Assembly: GCA_965205425.1 (NCBI GenBank)
Contig: CBDBGZ010000009.1
Span: 960,001-1,024,000 of the forward strand
DNA: 64,000 nt
DNA from: Nitrosopumilus sp.
GTDB taxonomy: Archaea > Thermoproteota > Nitrososphaeria > Nitrososphaerales > Nitrosopumilaceae
Direction: 5' to 3'
The notes below the pieces were generated by a model. That model was given only the letters and a program-made list of their open reading frames with translations. It was not told the DNA's origin and did no database searches. A program made the translations under genes and the position numbers. This document shows, piece by piece, positions 39,501-49,795 of the stretch (the stretch's first letter is position 1; each line of letters opens with the position of its first letter).

Positions 39501-40538
39501 TTACATTTTTGGATCAAGGCCTTTTGCTAATCTTAATGCATCAACAAGACCATCTGCATAACCAATACTCAAAATTGCAACTTCATCCTGACCATCTTCA
39601 AGAAATTTCTCTGCATCTTTGACATACAATTCTGCATTTTCTAAAATTCCTTGAAATTCTTTCTGACCTTTGTATAATGGTTCCACCTCTTCTAAAGCCT
39701 CTCTGACCATTGGAACGTATTTCTTCATCATTTGGATGGATATTTTCTTTGTTTTTTCTGTGTTGTCAAATGGTTCATCTACACATTGACCAAATATTTT
39801 CAAAGCATCCGTTTCTGTAAAATGTAATCTTCCTGGAATAATTACAGTGTGAGGTGGTTTACCAAAATCTATTTTCTTCAAACTAGATATTTTTCCTGAA
39901 ATGATACTTTGATCTTTAAACCCTATTCTTGATGCAACTATAACATATGTTGATGAACTAATGACATTTCTAATCTGTCCTTTTTCAGTTTCCAAAAGTC
40001 CACTTAATGCGTCTTTAGGATCTAAGAAAAAATCTTTATCTTGATTATATTCTAAAAGAAGTACTGTGTGATTTCCTTCTATGATATTTTTGTATATTAC
40101 ATAGTATGGTGTTGTTAATGATTTCATTTCACTCATTATTGTTGCAATTCTTCCAACTTTGTAAAAATGCAAACCGCATTCTCCAATCATTGAAGTAAGT
40201 GAAGATGATGCATGAATGGAATAAGTCTTAATTTTTTCTTCTATTGCCCTGGTTCTTAATTCTATATGGGTAGTTGCTATGTATGGATCTCCATATGCTA
40301 ATAATACAACTTTCTTTTTCTTTGCATTTTTTAAAATTTCACTACCGTCTTCCACAAGCCATCTTTTTGCAAGTTTGAATTCCCCTTTTGTAGCATTTTT
40401 AATTTTTGTTAAATCTGATTTTCCAATTGGACTTGTAAATTGTTCCAAATAAACAATATCAGCTTTTGATAAAACATCTAATGCTTCACTAGGAATTGAT
40501 TCGAATCCCGAAATTCCTAAACCTACAAACCAAAGCAT
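39501..40538 (-). CDS. dph5: Diphthine synthase with C-terminal DUF357-like domain
   Basis: VGLG, GDPYIATTH, GLHFYKVG, HTVLLL; YADGLVDAL tail. Confidence 0.93.
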   Translation of the reverse strand: MLWFVGLGISGFESIPSEALDVLSKADIVYLEQFTSPIGKSDLTKIKNATKGEFKLAKRWLVEDGSEILKNAKKKKVVLLAYGDPYIATTHIELRTRAIEEKIKTYSIHASSSLTSMIGECGLHFYKVGRIATIMSEMKSLTTPYYVIYKNIIEGNHTVLLLEYNQDKDFFLDPKDALSGLLETEKGQIRNVISSSTYVIVASRIGFKDQSIISGKISSLKKIDFGKPPHTVIIPGRLHFTETDALKIFGQCVDEPFDNTEKTKKISIQMMKKYVPMVREALEEVEPLYKGQKEFQGILENAELYVKDAEKFLEDGQDEVAILSIGYADGLVDALRLAKGLDPKM

Positions 40539-41665
40539 TACTGCATTTTTCTGTCATGAAGTCTTTTTAAATGCTGTAGTGTTTTCTTGAGAATTTCTAT
40601 ACCTCTAAGATACTCATCAACTGAAACTTTTTCATCAATTGTATGTGCTTCATGTGGATCTCCTGGTCCATATGTCACAACTGGAATCCCCCACTGATTC
40701 CCAAGAACATTCATGTCTCCTGTACCTGTTTTTCTGATCAACGTTGGTCTGGAATGCTCAGTTTCCATAATTCCTAGTGTAAATGCTCTAACTAATGGTG
40801 AGTTGTGAGGAGCCTCAAATGGTTCAGTTTCATCAAGAATTGAATAAAATGCTTCTACTTCCCTTTCTTGAGAAATCTCTTTGACTAGTGTTGCAATCTT
40901 TTGTTCAATTGTTTTACAATTCATATCTACAGGAATTCGGATATCAAAAGTTGTTTCACAATCTTTAGGTGTAACATTATGACTAGTTCCACCTTTAACT
41001 TCTGTCATGGTGGCAGTCAATAACATTCCTTTAGTTTTTCCATCTTGGTTTGCTTCTAATTTTCCTTTTAATTCTCTTGCAAAAATCATTGATTCTAAAA
41101 TTGCATTTTTTGATAACCATGGAGCACTTGCATGAGAACTATCTGGTACACTAATTTTGAGATTAATTGCTAATCTTCCTTTGTATGCAATTGTAACTTT
41201 TTTTATTCCACTTGGTTCCCCAAATACTGCGTAATCTATGTCCATTTTCTTTTTGACTAAATTTTTAATTCCTGTTGCATTTCCTTCTTCATCAACTGCT
41301 CCGACAAAAATTATTGTTCCATTATTGTTTTGGATTGATGCTGCAGCAAATAACATTGCCATTAATGGCGCTTTTGCATCTGATGCACCTCTACCATAAA
41401 GTGCATCTCCTTCTTTTCTAACTTTGACTTTACCTGGAACTACATCCATATGTCCACATAACATGATTTTTGGAGATCCTGAACCTTTCTTTGCTATTAC
41501 ATTTCCAACTTCATCAATCTGAATATCTTCAAATCCTAAATCATCACATTTGTCAGCTAAAAATTCTGCCATTGGTTTTTCACTAAGCGATGGTGTATAG
41601 AGTCTGAGTGCTTTCTCTAACATCTTTACTGCAAACCTTGGTGTAACTGTAAAATGAGTGTCCAA
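40538..41665 (-). CDS. lysK: [LysW]-lysine/ornithine hydrolase (M20)
   Basis: GHMDVV, GRGASDAK, DEE, GTGDMN, YGPGD..AHT.DE; cluster context. Confidence 0.92.
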   Translation of the reverse strand: MDTHFTVTPRFAVKMLEKALRLYTPSLSEKPMAEFLADKCDDLGFEDIQIDEVGNVIAKKGSGSPKIMLCGHMDVVPGKVKVRKEGDALYGRGASDAKAPLMAMLFAAASIQNNNGTIIFVGAVDEEGNATGIKNLVKKKMDIDYAVFGEPSGIKKVTIAYKGRLAINLKISVPDSSHASAPWLSKNAILESMIFARELKGKLEANQDGKTKGMLLTATMTEVKGGTSHNVTPKDCETTFDIRIPVDMNCKTIEQKIATLVKEISQEREVEAFYSILDETEPFEAPHNSPLVRAFTLGIMETEHSRPTLIRKTGTGDMNVLGNQWGIPVVTYGPGDPHEAHTIDEKVSVDEYLRGIEILKKTLQHLKRLHDRKMQ

Positions 41666-41668
41666 TTC

Positions 41669-42511
41669 TTACTTTTCTACCTTCAATGCATATTCTAGCA
41701 TTAAGGAAGGAATGTCAACTTCACAAACTCTAACTGTATTTTTGTATTCAGTTGTGTTGTTTACTTCATGTACAACTAGTCCTTTCTCATCACTTTCCAT
41801 CAAATCTACACCTACGATATCTCCCTCAATTGCATGTTTTGCCTTAATACACATTTCTTCCATTTCTTGAGTTACTTTACATGGTTCTGCTGTTCCTCCA
41901 AGAGCCATGTTTGTTTTCCAATGTTTAGAAGAACGATAAATCGCTGCAACAATTTTGTCACCTACCATGATTGCTCTAATATCTCTTGGTGGCCTTTTTA
42001 CAAATTCTTCTAAATAATGAACTTGGTAAATTGGATACATATTTTCCCTACTTTCAATTATTCCTTCAGCTGCATTTCTATCATTTAATTTTGAAATTAA
42101 TCTTCCCCAACTACCTACTGTTGGTTTGATCACTCTTGGGTATCCTTGTGAATCTAATGCTTCTAAAGCTGCTTCTTTTGAAAATGCTACAGTTGCATCT
42201 GGTGTTGGAACTCCAAATTTTTTTAGTAACATATGTGTAAATAATTTATTTCCTGCAAAAACTCCTGTGTTGAGACAATTGATTACTTTGACACCAATTC
42301 CTTCTAATGCTGCCGTAGAATGGAGATTTCTATAGTAACTTACACATCTCTGAATAACTACGCCATAATCTTCTGGTTTTTTTTCTAAATCTATTGCTAA
42401 TTTTTTACAATCGACCATCTTGATGTTGATGTTCTTTTTTTTACCGGCTTCTAGTAGAGCTTTTTCTTCCCAACGGATGGTATCGTAAAGAATGGTAACG
42501 TCAGGATTCAC
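41669..42511 (-). CDS. lysX: Alpha-aminoadipate--LysW ligase (ATP-grasp)
   Basis: KP.VGSWGR, RDIR, WKTN.ALGG, EVNNTTEYKNT; GTG start overlaps the lysW stop. Confidence 0.9.
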   Translation of the reverse strand: MNPDVTILYDTIRWEEKALLEAGKKKNINIKMVDCKKLAIDLEKKPEDYGVVIQRCVSYYRNLHSTAALEGIGVKVINCLNTGVFAGNKLFTHMLLKKFGVPTPDATVAFSKEAALEALDSQGYPRVIKPTVGSWGRLISKLNDRNAAEGIIESRENMYPIYQVHYLEEFVKRPPRDIRAIMVGDKIVAAIYRSSKHWKTNMALGGTAEPCKVTQEMEEMCIKAKHAIEGDIVGVDLMESDEKGLVVHEVNNTTEYKNTVRVCEVDIPSLMLEYALKVEK

Positions 42512-42675
42512 TGTCCCCAATCCTCGCCAACCGTTTGGGCAGGCTTTAGATCGAAACCGTTTGAACCTTTAGCTAATTCAAAACTTGCGCCACATTCCGG
42601 ACATGTTACGATTTCTCCTTCAAGTGCATCACTTGGTATGGAAATATCTGCATCACATTCTTCACATTTTGACAT
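42508..42675 (-). CDS. lysW: LysW-type carrier protein ending EDWGQ (not in ORF track)
   Basis: MSKCEECDAD...GEIVTCPECGASFEL...VGEDWGQ*, 55 aa. Confidence 0.93.
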   Translation of the reverse strand: MSKCEECDADISIPSDALEGEIVTCPECGASFELAKGSNGFDLKPAQTVGEDWGQ

Positions 42676-42697
42676 ATTTTCTCTTCATTACTCCTCT

Positions 42698-43864
42698 TTA
42701 TTTATCATTAATTATCTTTTTTTCAAGTCTGTCTTCTAGTGGGATCTCAATTAGATCACCCATTCTAAGACCTTTCAATCCTGCAGCAACAGCTTTTGCA
42801 CCTTCATCATCTTTCTCTAATCCTAATAATGACATCAAATATGCTGCACCTGTTTTTCCTGCAAGTTCTCCAAATACTATCCTTCTTCTATTGCCAACTG
42901 CTCTTGGTGGAATTGGTTCATAGGCTGCAGGATTTTTGAGAATTGCTGCAAGGTGTGTACCTGCTTTGTGTTTGTATGCTGCTGTACCTACTATTGGTTT
43001 TGAATCATATGGCTTGATTGTTGTATAATCTTCAATTAGTCTGGATAAATCAAGTAACATATCCAATCTGAAATCATTTGGCGATTTGTATAGATATGTT
43101 AATGCTACTGCAACTTCTGCAAGTGGAGGTATTCCTGTTCTTTCTCCAATACCATCAATAGTAGTATGAATTTGATCAACTCCTGCATCACATGCTGAAA
43201 ATGCATTTGCAACTGCCAAACCAATATCATTGTGAACGTGTGCATCTAATGGAACATCTACAACTTCTCTTACCTTTTTAACAAAATTATACATTCCAAT
43301 TGGACGTAAAATTCCAACTGTATCTGGAAGACTAATTCTGTCTACTCCTGCTTCTTCAATAGATTTACACACTTTTAGTAAGAATTCTGGTTCTGCTCTA
43401 CTTCCATCTTCAACTGTAAATCTAATTTTTAGTCCATGAGATTTTGCATACTCTACTGTTTCTACTGCTCTTTCAAGTGCTTCTTCTCTTGAAATTCGTA
43501 ATTTATCTTTAAGATGAATGTCTGAAATTCCTAAATACACTGCACACCATTTTGCATCACAATCTAATGAAATGTCTATGTCTTGTTTGAGTGCACGTCC
43601 ATGCGATACAATGTCTGCCTTTAGTCCTTGTTTGATAATTGTTTTAGTTGCTTCTTTGTGATCATTTGAAACCACTGGTGAAATTTCAATTTGATCAACT
43701 CCAAAATAATCTAACATCCATGCAATTTGGATTCTTTGTTTATTTGTAAATGAAACACCTGGGTGTTGTTCTCCTTCTCTAAGTGTACTATCTAACACTC
43801 TAATTTTTTTTTGGTTTTTGTCATATGCATTGTATAGATTTGCATAGTGATTCGGATCTTTCAT
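42698..43864 (-). CDS. Homocitrate synthase (LeuA family)
   Basis: DSTLREGEQ, HVHND.G, GIGERTG; lacks LeuA regulatory domain; located in lys cluster. Confidence 0.85.
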   Translation of the reverse strand: MKDPNHYANLYNAYDKNQKKIRVLDSTLREGEQHPGVSFTNKQRIQIAWMLDYFGVDQIEISPVVSNDHKEATKTIIKQGLKADIVSHGRALKQDIDISLDCDAKWCAVYLGISDIHLKDKLRISREEALERAVETVEYAKSHGLKIRFTVEDGSRAEPEFLLKVCKSIEEAGVDRISLPDTVGILRPIGMYNFVKKVREVVDVPLDAHVHNDIGLAVANAFSACDAGVDQIHTTIDGIGERTGIPPLAEVAVALTYLYKSPNDFRLDMLLDLSRLIEDYTTIKPYDSKPIVGTAAYKHKAGTHLAAILKNPAAYEPIPPRAVGNRRRIVFGELAGKTGAAYLMSLLGLEKDDEGAKAVAAGLKGLRMGDLIEIPLEDRLEKKIINDK

Positions 43865-43981
43865 TGCTAATATCGTTGCTATAAATTGATGATATAAACA
43901 TATTCGTACTAGCTTCGTTGGAAATATGCAAGAATGATCCTAAATTAGTTTAGAAATTAAATTATGAAACGAAAGTCGTTT

Positions 43982-44401
43982 TTAGATAATTTTTCTTAAA
44001 ATTATGACTGTGTTGGTGTCTACTACCCCTGTAATTTTTCTTAATGCATCAATACTACTATTTATTTCAGCAATACTTGTAGCACTCATAATTGTTGTAA
44101 TGTCATATTGACCTGTGATTTCATAAACTGTTTTCACTCCTTCCAATTTTGCTAGTTTTAGTGATACTTTGGATGTATCTGTTGCAGAGTCTACTGAAAC
44201 TAGAACAATTGCACTAGTTGTATTCTCTTCACCTAATTCTAAAGTAAATTTTTTGATAGTTCCACTATCCACTAAATTTTTTACACGTCTTCTAACTGCT
44301 GATTCTGATAATTTCAGTTTTTTACCAATGTCTACAAACGATTCTCTAGAATCTTCTTTTAGGTAACCAATAATTTTTTCGTCTACTTTATCCTTGTACA
44401 T
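43982..44401 (-). CDS. lysM: Lrp/AsnC regulator LysM
   Basis: LSESAVRRRV HTH, YEITGQYDI; cluster context. Confidence 0.88.
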   Translation of the reverse strand: MYKDKVDEKIIGYLKEDSRESFVDIGKKLKLSESAVRRRVKNLVDSGTIKKFTLELGEENTTSAIVLVSVDSATDTSKVSLKLAKLEGVKTVYEITGQYDITTIMSATSIAEINSSIDALRKITGVVDTNTVIILRKII

Positions 44402-45569
44402 TTCTTTTTTCTTCCTCTTCAGTTAGTACTAAATCAAGAGCATGTAAAACTTTTGTTACGTCATCTTCAGATATTACTAGTGGAGGAAGAATTCTGAGAA
44501 TATTTCTTCCAGAATAAAGCATAAGAACTCCTTTTTTGATTAATCCAAATAGAATATCTTTAACTTCAAATTTCATCTCTATTCCTATCATGAGACCTTT
44601 TCCTCTAATTTCTCTAATCATTTGATGTTTTTCTTTTAATTTTTCTAATCCGTCTCTGAATAATCTCCCCATCTTCTCAGAATTTTCAATTAGACCATCT
44701 TCTGTGATTGCTTTAAGAGCTGCTGTTCCTGCTGCACATGATATTGGATTTCCTCCAAATGTTGATGAATGTTCGCCCTTAGTTATTGAAGCTAGAATAT
44801 CTGGTTTTACAAGAGTTGCACCCATTGGAACTCCACCTGCAATTCCTTTTGCTAAACATAGGATGTCTGGAGCAGTATTCCAATGATCACAAGCCCATAA
44901 TCGTCCGGTTCTACCTAAACCAGCTTGTATTTCGTCAAAAATTAGCACAATTCCTTTTTCATCACACATTTTTCTTACCTCTTGCAAAAATCCTTCTGGC
45001 GCAACAATGATTCCACTTTCTCCTTGAATTGGTTCTAAGATCACAAATGCCGTATCATCGTCTACAACTGAACGTAATGATTCAATGTCTCCATAAGATG
45101 CAAATGAAACTTTCTCAACTAATGGAGCAAACGCTTTTCTATATTTTGGATTAAATGTTAATGATAATGCTCCAAATGATTTTCCATGATAAGATCCTTT
45201 CATTGCAACCATTCCTTTTTTCCCAGTAAACTTTCTTGCAAATTTCATGGCAGCTTCAATTGCTTCAGCTCCACTGTTGTTTAGGTGGACTTGTGTCAAA
45301 CCTTCTGGTGCTAATCCAATCAGTGTTGTCAAAAATTCTTCTCTTGTTTTATTGTATAATGAACTATGAACTGTAATGATCTTATCAATTTGTTCTTTGA
45401 TTCCATTGTTTACTCTTTGATTTTTATGACCAACTAAAGCTACTCCGTATCCTCCCATGCAATCGATGTATTCTTTTCCATCTACATCCCATACATGTGA
45501 TCCTACACCTTTTTCAATTGTAACTGGAAATCTCTGATAGAGATTTCCCATAAATTGGTCTTCACTCAT
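44388..45569 (-). CDS. lysJ: [LysW]-semialdehyde aminotransferase (class III)
   Basis: NSGAEA, EPIQGE, DEIQAG.GRTG, LAK, STFGGNP. Confidence 0.93.
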   Translation of the reverse strand: MSEDQFMGNLYQRFPVTIEKGVGSHVWDVDGKEYIDCMGGYGVALVGHKNQRVNNGIKEQIDKIITVHSSLYNKTREEFLTTLIGLAPEGLTQVHLNNSGAEAIEAAMKFARKFTGKKGMVAMKGSYHGKSFGALSLTFNPKYRKAFAPLVEKVSFASYGDIESLRSVVDDDTAFVILEPIQGESGIIVAPEGFLQEVRKMCDEKGIVLIFDEIQAGLGRTGRLWACDHWNTAPDILCLAKGIAGGVPMGATLVKPDILASITKGEHSSTFGGNPISCAAGTAALKAITEDGLIENSEKMGRLFRDGLEKLKEKHQMIREIRGKGLMIGIEMKFEVKDILFGLIKKGVLMLYSGRNILRILPPLVISEDDVTKVLHALDLVLTEEEEKRNVQG

Positions 45570-46365
45570 GTTTAATCACCGTACAATTATCATGTGCAAT
45601 AGCTGATGAAATTGGATTTTCTCTCTGACCATTTCCAATTAATGCTACTTTGACTCCCATATCTAATGCTTCAGTAGATGCCAAAATTTTCTTTTCCATT
45701 CCAGGTCCTATTTTAGGTCTAATTTCTTTTGCTTCTGCTAATGTTAATTTTGGAACAAGTTTGTCATCCATTAATAATCCATCAACATTTGTGATGAATA
45801 ATACCTTATCACATCCAACTTTGCCTGCAACATACGCTGCTGCTCTGTCTCCATCAATGTTGAGAAATTCTGATTCTTCACTCATTGCTATGGGTGAAAT
45901 TACAGGTGTTAGACCTTGATCTAAGAGTGATTTGATGAATTTTGAATTTACTTCTCTAATTTTTCCTGTATAACCGCCATCAATTGCTTGTTTTCGTCCT
46001 TTTTCATTTACTATTAGTAATTTCTTTTTTCTATCAGCTTCTATGACTTTTGCATCTACTCCTGAAAGACCTATTGCATTAATGCCATTTTTTTGTAACA
46101 TTTGAACAATGGTTTTGTTAATTCTACCTGACATTACCATGGTAAAAATTTCTGCAGTTTCTTTGTCTGTGTATCTACTTTTGATACCACTTGGAGATGT
46201 GACAAATTTTGGTTCTTTTCCAAGTTGTTTACATACTTTGGTAACTTCTTTTCCTCCCCCATGAACAATTATGATACCTTCAGTTTCTGCTGCTTTTTTA
46301 ATATCTAAAATTGTTGATGGATGTAAATCATCTACTACACTTCCGCCAATTTTGATTGTGATCAT
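45562..46365 (-). CDS. lysZ: [LysW]-aminoadipate/glutamate kinase
   Basis: KIGGS, VHGGG, SRYTD, LNIDGD. Confidence 0.93.
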   Translation of the reverse strand: MITIKIGGSVVDDLHPSTILDIKKAAETEGIIIVHGGGKEVTKVCKQLGKEPKFVTSPSGIKSRYTDKETAEIFTMVMSGRINKTIVQMLQKNGINAIGLSGVDAKVIEADRKKKLLIVNEKGRKQAIDGGYTGKIREVNSKFIKSLLDQGLTPVISPIAMSEESEFLNIDGDRAAAYVAGKVGCDKVLFITNVDGLLMDDKLVPKLTLAEAKEIRPKIGPGMEKKILASTEALDMGVKVALIGNGQRENPISSAIAHDNCTVIKHE

Positions 46366-46367
46366 TT

Positions 46368-47414
46368 CTAAACAGGAGTTAATGGAGTGTATCTTAATCC
46401 GTCCATTTCATCAAAACCACACATTACATTCATGTTTTGAATAGCAGAACCGGCTGCACCTTTCATCAAGTTATCTGATGCTGATAATGCAATTAATCTA
46501 TTGTTATCTTCATCTAAATCAAATCCAATATCACAAAAGTTTGAACCTACTAGGAATTTTGGATCTGGGAATTTATACAATCCTTTTTTATCTCTGATTA
46601 ATCTAACAAATTTTTCTTCACCATATGCCTGACGATAAATTTTCCATAATTCTTTTTCTTCAATATCTTTTTTCAAGAATGTATGATTTGTACACAAAAT
46701 ACCTCTAACTACATCTACTGCATGTGGACTCATTGATACACGGATTTTACTTCCTGCAATTTCACTTAACTCTTGTTCGATTTCACCAGTGTGTCTGTGT
46801 TTTGCTGGTTTGTATGGTCTGATTACACCAGCTCTCATTGCATGAGCAGTTCCTGAACCTGAACCTGCTCCTGATGAACCAATTTTTGAATCAACAATAA
46901 TGTGATCAGTATCGATAAGATCATTTTTGATTAATGGTGCAAGTGCAAGCGTTGATGTAACTGCCATACATCCTGGGCAAGAAACTAGTTGTGCTTTTTT
47001 AATTTCTTCTCTATGTAATTCTGGAACGCCAAAAACTGATTTTTCTAAATAATCTGGATGCGGATGTTCCCAACCATACCATTTGTCATAAGCATCTTGA
47101 TTGTGTAATCTATAATCTGCACTCAAATCAATTACTTTGATTCCTCTATCATAGAGTGCTTTTACAATTTCAGTAGCTGTTCCATGTGGTACTGCAGTGA
47201 AAACTACATCACACTTGTCTGTTAATTTGTCATAATCTAATTCTGAGAAAGTAAGATCGGTAAATCCCTTCAAACTTGGTTGAACTCTATGAAGATATTC
47301 TCCTACGTGTTGTCTTGATGTGACCATTGAGATCTCTACATCTGGATGGTTTACCAGAAGACGAAGTGTTTCTCCACCTACATATCCTGATGCTCCTACA
47401 ACTCCTACTTTCAT
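46368..47414 (-). CDS. lysY: [LysW]-aminoacyl-phosphate reductase (ArgC/LysY)
   Basis: GASGYVG, DLSADYRL, PGC, DNLMKGAAG. Confidence 0.94.
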   Translation of the reverse strand: MKVGVVGASGYVGGETLRLLVNHPDVEISMVTSRQHVGEYLHRVQPSLKGFTDLTFSELDYDKLTDKCDVVFTAVPHGTATEIVKALYDRGIKVIDLSADYRLHNQDAYDKWYGWEHPHPDYLEKSVFGVPELHREEIKKAQLVSCPGCMAVTSTLALAPLIKNDLIDTDHIIVDSKIGSSGAGSGSGTAHAMRAGVIRPYKPAKHRHTGEIEQELSEIAGSKIRVSMSPHAVDVVRGILCTNHTFLKKDIEEKELWKIYRQAYGEEKFVRLIRDKKGLYKFPDPKFLVGSNFCDIGFDLDEDNNRLIALSASDNLMKGAAGSAIQNMNVMCGFDEMDGLRYTPLTPV

Positions 47415-47442
47415 GATAAGACACCTCCTAAAGGAGTATAAT

Positions 47443-48300
47443 TTATTTTCTTACGTAGTTTAGCGCAAATTCTACCATTTCTTTTGGTATATTTCGTTGT
47501 GCAACTCTTGCCAACCCTTTGAATTCTACTGTATTATTGACTTCATGTACAACTAGTCCTTTCTCATCGTCTTCCATCATGTCGATTCCTAAGATTCCGC
47601 CACCCATGGCTTTTGCTGCTTTTGCTGCCATATCTTCCATCTCTTTTGTGATCTCACAAAGCTCTGGATCTGCCCCTAGTGCGATATTTGTTTTAAATCC
47701 ACCTGAAGATTTTCTATACATGGCTGCAATAGGCTCATCACCAACAGTGATTACCCTGATGTCTCTTGGTGGTCTTTGAACTAATTCTTGCAAATAGTAA
47801 ATTCTATCGTGAGGACTATCTGTGATATCTCTAATTTCAAAAACTGCTTCCATGGTATCTTTATCTTTGAGTGGCATGACTCCTCTTCCCCAACTTCCAA
47901 TAACTGGCTTAATGACTAGTGGGAATCCAACTTTCTCTAAATTCTCTGCTGCACTATCACTTGAAAATGAAAAATATGTTTTAGGTGTTGGAATGTTATT
48001 TTTTTTCAAAAGTAATGTCATGAACATTTTATTTCCACAAATATTTGCAACTTCAAATTTGTTTAATACTGGAATGTCCATGAATTCTAAACTGGAAGTA
48101 AAATGCAATCCTCTAAAATAACTAACACATCTTTCTAAAACAACATCCCCTAAATCAAAATCTTCTTTTTTACTATCTGTATTGATTTGAGTAATTTTAG
48201 CATCTAACATCAATGCATCGTGTCCTAATTCTGATGCTTCCTTTTGAAGCATTTTTTCTTCCGCTCTTAAGCGGTCAAACACAATACAGATTTTTGACAT
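47443..48300 (-). CDS. argX: Glutamate--LysW ligase (second ATP-grasp paralog)
   Basis: KPVIGSWGR, EVNNTVEFKGL (ArgX-like ending); follows argG-lysW. Confidence 0.8.
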   Translation of the reverse strand: MSKICIVFDRLRAEEKMLQKEASELGHDALMLDAKITQINTDSKKEDFDLGDVVLERCVSYFRGLHFTSSLEFMDIPVLNKFEVANICGNKMFMTLLLKKNNIPTPKTYFSFSSDSAAENLEKVGFPLVIKPVIGSWGRGVMPLKDKDTMEAVFEIRDITDSPHDRIYYLQELVQRPPRDIRVITVGDEPIAAMYRKSSGGFKTNIALGADPELCEITKEMEDMAAKAAKAMGGGILGIDMMEDDEKGLVVHEVNNTVEFKGLARVAQRNIPKEMVEFALNYVRK

Positions 48301-48467
48301 TACTCTCCCCAGTCTTCGCCTACGGTTTCTGCTTGTTTAAGCTCAACATTTGATCCGTCTTTTTTAGCGATTTCAAAGTCAGCGCCACAATCAGGGCAGG
48401 AAATAATTTCTCCTACTGAGGCATCGTCTGGGATGTTTAGTGTTGCATCACATTCTGGGCAGTTCAT
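48300..48467 (-). CDS. lysW: LysW carrier protein with canonical EDWGE end (not in ORF track)
   Basis: MNCPECDA...SCPDCG...VGEDWGE*, 55 aa. Confidence 0.95.
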   Translation of the reverse strand: MNCPECDATLNIPDDASVGEIISCPDCGADFEIAKKDGSNVELKQAETVGEDWGE

Positions 48468-49663
48468 GTTTTTGTTGACCTTTTCTTTTGTAATTTATTA
48501 GCTTCTGTTGACTGCATTCCCCATAATTCTACAAATCCTTTGGCTAATCTTTGATCAAATGTTGATTCTACTCCATAAGTTGCAATATTGTGACTGTACA
48601 ATGAGTTATTTGACTTTCTTCCGACTACTCTGAGACTTCCTTTGTACAACTTTAGTTTCACAGTGCCTGAAACTGGTTTTTGTGCTGCTTCAATAAATCC
48701 ATCTAGATCTGTTTTTAGAGGATCTTGCCAAAGACCTGAATATACCAAATATGCCCATTCATCATCAATCATTGATTTGAACTTGTTTTCATGTTTGGTA
48801 TGAACCATCTTTTCTAAATCGGTATGAGCTTCAATTAGACAGGTTGCTGCTGGAGTTTCGTATACCTCTCGAGATTTAATTCCTACAACCCTGTCTTCAA
48901 TATGATCAACTATGCCAACACCTGCATTTCCTGCTTTCTTGTTGATATATTCAATTAGTTTTAGTGGCTCCATTGATTTACCATCTACTCCAACTGGAAT
49001 TCCTTTGTTGAATTTGATTTCCAAGTATGTTGGTTTGTCTGGCAAGTTTTTTGTTTTAACCCAAATGAATGCATCATCTGGTGGTTCATTATATGGATCT
49101 TCTAACACGCCACCTTCAATTGCACGTCCCCAAAGATTTTGATCAATACTGAATTTTTTTGCTACAGTATCAATTTCAATCCCATGTTTTTTTGCAAACT
49201 TTAGTTCTGTATCTCTATCTAAATTCTTGTCTCGTATAGGAGCTATAATTGGAAGATCAGAACCTGAACGTAATGTAATATCGAATCGTACTTGATCATT
49301 TCCCTTTCCAGAACAACCATGTGCAAGAGAAGTTACTTTTTCTTTTTTTGCAATCTCTAATACTTTTTCTGCAATTAGTGGTCTTGCAAGAGCTGTTGCT
49401 AGACAATATTTTTTCTGATATAGTGCATTTGCTTTAATTGAAGGAAAAATGTAATCTTTGACAAATTCTTTTCTTGCATCAATGTTATAGTGTTTTTTTA
49501 CACCGAGCTTTTTTGCTTTTGCTGCAATTTTTTTCCAATTGTCACCTTGACCTACATCTACAGTAACTGTAATGACATCCATGTCATGCTCATCTTGTAG
49601 ATACTTTACAACAACTGATGTATCTAGTCCACCTGAAAATGCAAGAATTCCTTTTTGAGTCAT
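48464..49663 (-). CDS. argG: Argininosuccinate synthase
   Basis: LAFSGGLDTS, HGCSGKGNDQVRF, KSREVYE. Confidence 0.97.
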   Translation of the reverse strand: MTQKGILAFSGGLDTSVVVKYLQDEHDMDVITVTVDVGQGDNWKKIAAKAKKLGVKKHYNIDARKEFVKDYIFPSIKANALYQKKYCLATALARPLIAEKVLEIAKKEKVTSLAHGCSGKGNDQVRFDITLRSGSDLPIIAPIRDKNLDRDTELKFAKKHGIEIDTVAKKFSIDQNLWGRAIEGGVLEDPYNEPPDDAFIWVKTKNLPDKPTYLEIKFNKGIPVGVDGKSMEPLKLIEYINKKAGNAGVGIVDHIEDRVVGIKSREVYETPAATCLIEAHTDLEKMVHTKHENKFKSMIDDEWAYLVYSGLWQDPLKTDLDGFIEAAQKPVSGTVKLKLYKGSLRVVGRKSNNSLYSHNIATYGVESTFDQRLAKGFVELWGMQSTEANKLQKKRSTKT

Positions 49664-49795
49664 AAAACATCTTTTTCGTCGTATTTTGGAATTTATCTTT
49701 TGTGATAGGCTCAAATCAAATTATTATCAAAAAATTTCTGACTAGCTTGAGCTAAAATTCGATGATTATTTAACCGCCAAATATAACGCTGTTTT

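Noticed and set aside
49664..49714. N-terminal extension of ArgG in the ORF track (similar extensions on rlmN, metH, the permease and the 14.4-kb methyltransferase)
   Set aside because: Family-like sequence starts at the downstream ATG; extensions run through probable promoter DNA
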